Positions 62,001 to 64,000 of a DNA stretch of 64,000 bases are shown here, piece by piece (the stretch's first letter is position 1; each line of letters starts with the position of its first letter). The stretch spans positions 310,001 through 374,000 of the forward strand of contig CAXHJY010000738.1 in NCBI GenBank assembly GCA_964016885.1. Reading direction: 5' to 3'. Made by a program: the position numbers and the translations under genes. Origin of the DNA: Eledone cirrhosa. Its lineage: Eukaryota. The notes beneath the pieces were generated by a model. It made no database searches. It was given only the letters and a program-made list of their open reading frames with translations, and had not been told where the DNA came from.

Positions 62001-64000
62001 ACAGTAGGTATATTACAGTACAGTAGGTATATTACAGTACAGTAGGTATATTACAGTACAGTAGGTATATTACAGTACAGTAGATATATTACAGTACAGT
62101 AGATATATTACAGTACAGTAGATAGATTACAGTACAGTAGATATATTACAGTACAGTAGGTATATTACAGTACAATAGATATATTACAGTACAGTAGGTA
62201 TATTATAGTACAGTAGGTATATTACACTACAGTAGGTATATTACAGTACAGTAGATATATTACAGTACAGTAGGTATATTACAGTACAGTATGTATATTA
62301 CAGTACAGTAGGTATATTACAGTACAGTAGGTATATTACAGTACAGTAGGTATAATACAGTACAGTAGGTATATTACAGTACAGTAGGTATATTACAGTA
62401 CAGTAGGTATATTACAGTACAGTAGGTATAATAAAGTACAGTAGGTATAATACAGTACAGTAGGTATATTACAGTACAGTAGGTATATTACAGTACAGTA
62501 GGTATATTACAGTACAGTAGATATATTACAGTACAGTAGATATATTACAGTACAATAGATAGATTACAGTACAGTAGATATATTACAGTACAGTAGGTAT
62601 ATTACAGTACAGTAGATATATTACAGTACAGTAGGTATATTATAGTACAGTAGGTATATTACAGTACAGTAGGTATATTACAGTACAGTAGGTATAATAC
62701 AGTAAAGTAGGTATATTACAGTACAGTAGGTATATTACACTACAGTAGGTCACATACAGTACAGTAGGTATATTACAGTACAGTAGGTATATTACAGTAC
62801 AGTAGGTATGTTACAGTACATTAGGTATATTACAGTACAGTAGGTATATTACAGTACAGTAGGTATATTACAGTACAGTAGGTATATTACAGTACAGTAG
62901 ATATATTACAGTACAGTAGGTATATTACAGTACAGTAGGTATATTACAGTACAGTAGATAGAGTACAGTACAGTAGATATATTACAGTACAGTAGGTATA
63001 TTACAGTACAGTAGGTATAATACAGTACAGTAGGTATATTACAGTACAGTAGGTATATTACAGTGCAGTAGGTATATTACAGTACAGTAGGTATATTACA
63101 GTACAGTAGGTATATTACAGTACAGTAGATATATTGCAGTACAGTAGGTATATTACAGTACAGTAGGGATAATACAGTACAGTAGATATGTTACAGTACA
63201 GTAGGTATATTACAGTACAGTAGGTATATTACAGTACAGTAGGTATATTACAGTACAGTAGACATATTACAGTACAGTATGTATATTACAGTACGGTAGG
63301 TATATTACAGTACAGTAGGTATATTACAGTACAGTAGGTATATTACAGTACAGTAGGTATATTACAGTACAGTAGATATATTACAGTACAGTAGGTATAT
63401 TACAGTACAGTAGGTATATTAGAGTACAGTAGGTATATTACAGTACAGTAGATATAATACAGTACAGTAGATATATTACAGTACAGTAGGTATATTACAG
63501 TACAGTAGGTATATTACAGTACAGTAGGTATATTACAGTACAGTAGGTATATTACAGTACAGTAGGTATATTACAGTACAGTATATATATTACAGTACAC
63601 TAGGTATATTACAGTACAGTAGGTATATTACAGTACAGTAGATATATTACAGTACACTAGGTATATTACAGTACAGTAGGTATATTACAGTACAGTAGAT
63701 ATATTACAGTACAGTAGGTATATTACAGTACAGTAGGTATAATACAGTACAGTAGATATATTACAGTACAGTAGGTATATTACACTACAGTAGGTATATT
63801 ACAGTACAGTAAGTATATTAATGTACAGTAGGTATAATACAGTACAGTAGGTATATTACAGTACAGTAGGTATATTACAGTACAGTAGGTATATTACAGT
63901 ACAGTAGGTATATTACAGTACAGTAGGTATATTACACTACAGTAGGTATATTACAGTACAGTAGGTATATTAAAGTACAGTAGGTATAATACAGTACAGT

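Larger units (their letters stand above)
1..64000. repeat. 19-bp tandem satellite array, consensus GGTATATTACAGTACAGTA, about 3373 monomers, single orientation, running off both window edges
   Basis: Directly visible on every line. Monomer starts follow 1+19k and shift only at 17 five-bp deletions and one 1-bp deletion: (64000+85+1+1)/19=3373. The commonest variants are G2>A (GATATATTAC) and T7>A (GGTATAATAC). Confidence 0.99.

Noticed and set aside
1-64000. CRISPR array or other repeat-spacer system
   Set aside because: Monomers abut directly. There are no unique spacers, no leader and no cas or other genes. The variation is point substitution copied in blocks.
1-64000. Repetitive protein-coding ORF
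   Set aside because: TAG on + (CAGTAG) and TAA on - (TGTAAT) occur in each consensus monomer. Since 19 is not a multiple of 3, every frame is stopped about every 57 nt.
1-64000. Long ORF under a code reassigning TAA/TAG (the consensus has no TGA on either strand)
   Set aside because: Frame-shifting 5-bp deletions have been freely amplified and there is no unique flanking coding sequence. Absence of TGA from a 19-mer is unremarkable.
1-64000. Telomerase-synthesised telomeric tract with a long yeast-type unit
   Set aside because: Variants are inherited as kb-scale duplicated haplotypes, which fits recombination rather than fresh templated synthesis. The G bias is weak and no chromosome end is visible. 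A subtelomeric location is not excluded.
1-64000. Rolling-circle or amplification concatemer artefact, or random sequencing noise
   Set aside because: Rare multi-base variants recur in identical order at distant positions with varied offsets. Random error or a single circular template would not produce this.
1-64000. Variant order as an information-bearing code
   Set aside because: The patterns I traced are explained by mutation plus duplication, and nothing in the sequence points to a reader or to selection on the order.

Overview
The whole 64 kb window is one uninterrupted head-to-tail satellite array of a 19-bp monomer, consensus GGTATATTACAGTACAGTA (6/19 G+C, no CpG, one GTAC/RsaI site per unit). 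Tracking the register from base 1 to 64000 gives 3373 monomers (the last lacks its final base). The only register shifts I found are seventeen 14-bp monomers (loss of one 5-bp TACAG sub-repeat) and one 18-bp monomer. I see no unique sequence, inversion, transposon insertion, RNA gene or spacer. I see no credible CDS either, because every consensus monomer carries TAG on + and TAA on -, which closes all six frames. The informative signal is the order of variant monomers. It shows a nested patchwork of duplications at about 0.15-0.3, 0.7-3.1, 9.1, 18-22 and 51.6 kb offsets, not one fixed higher-order repeat. This looks like eukaryotic heterochromatic satellite DNA (inference; I cannot identify the organism or family). 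I found no evidence for a new gene-based system, so the findings concern array structure and mutation. Duplication boundaries are approximate and were located by eye from marker monomers.
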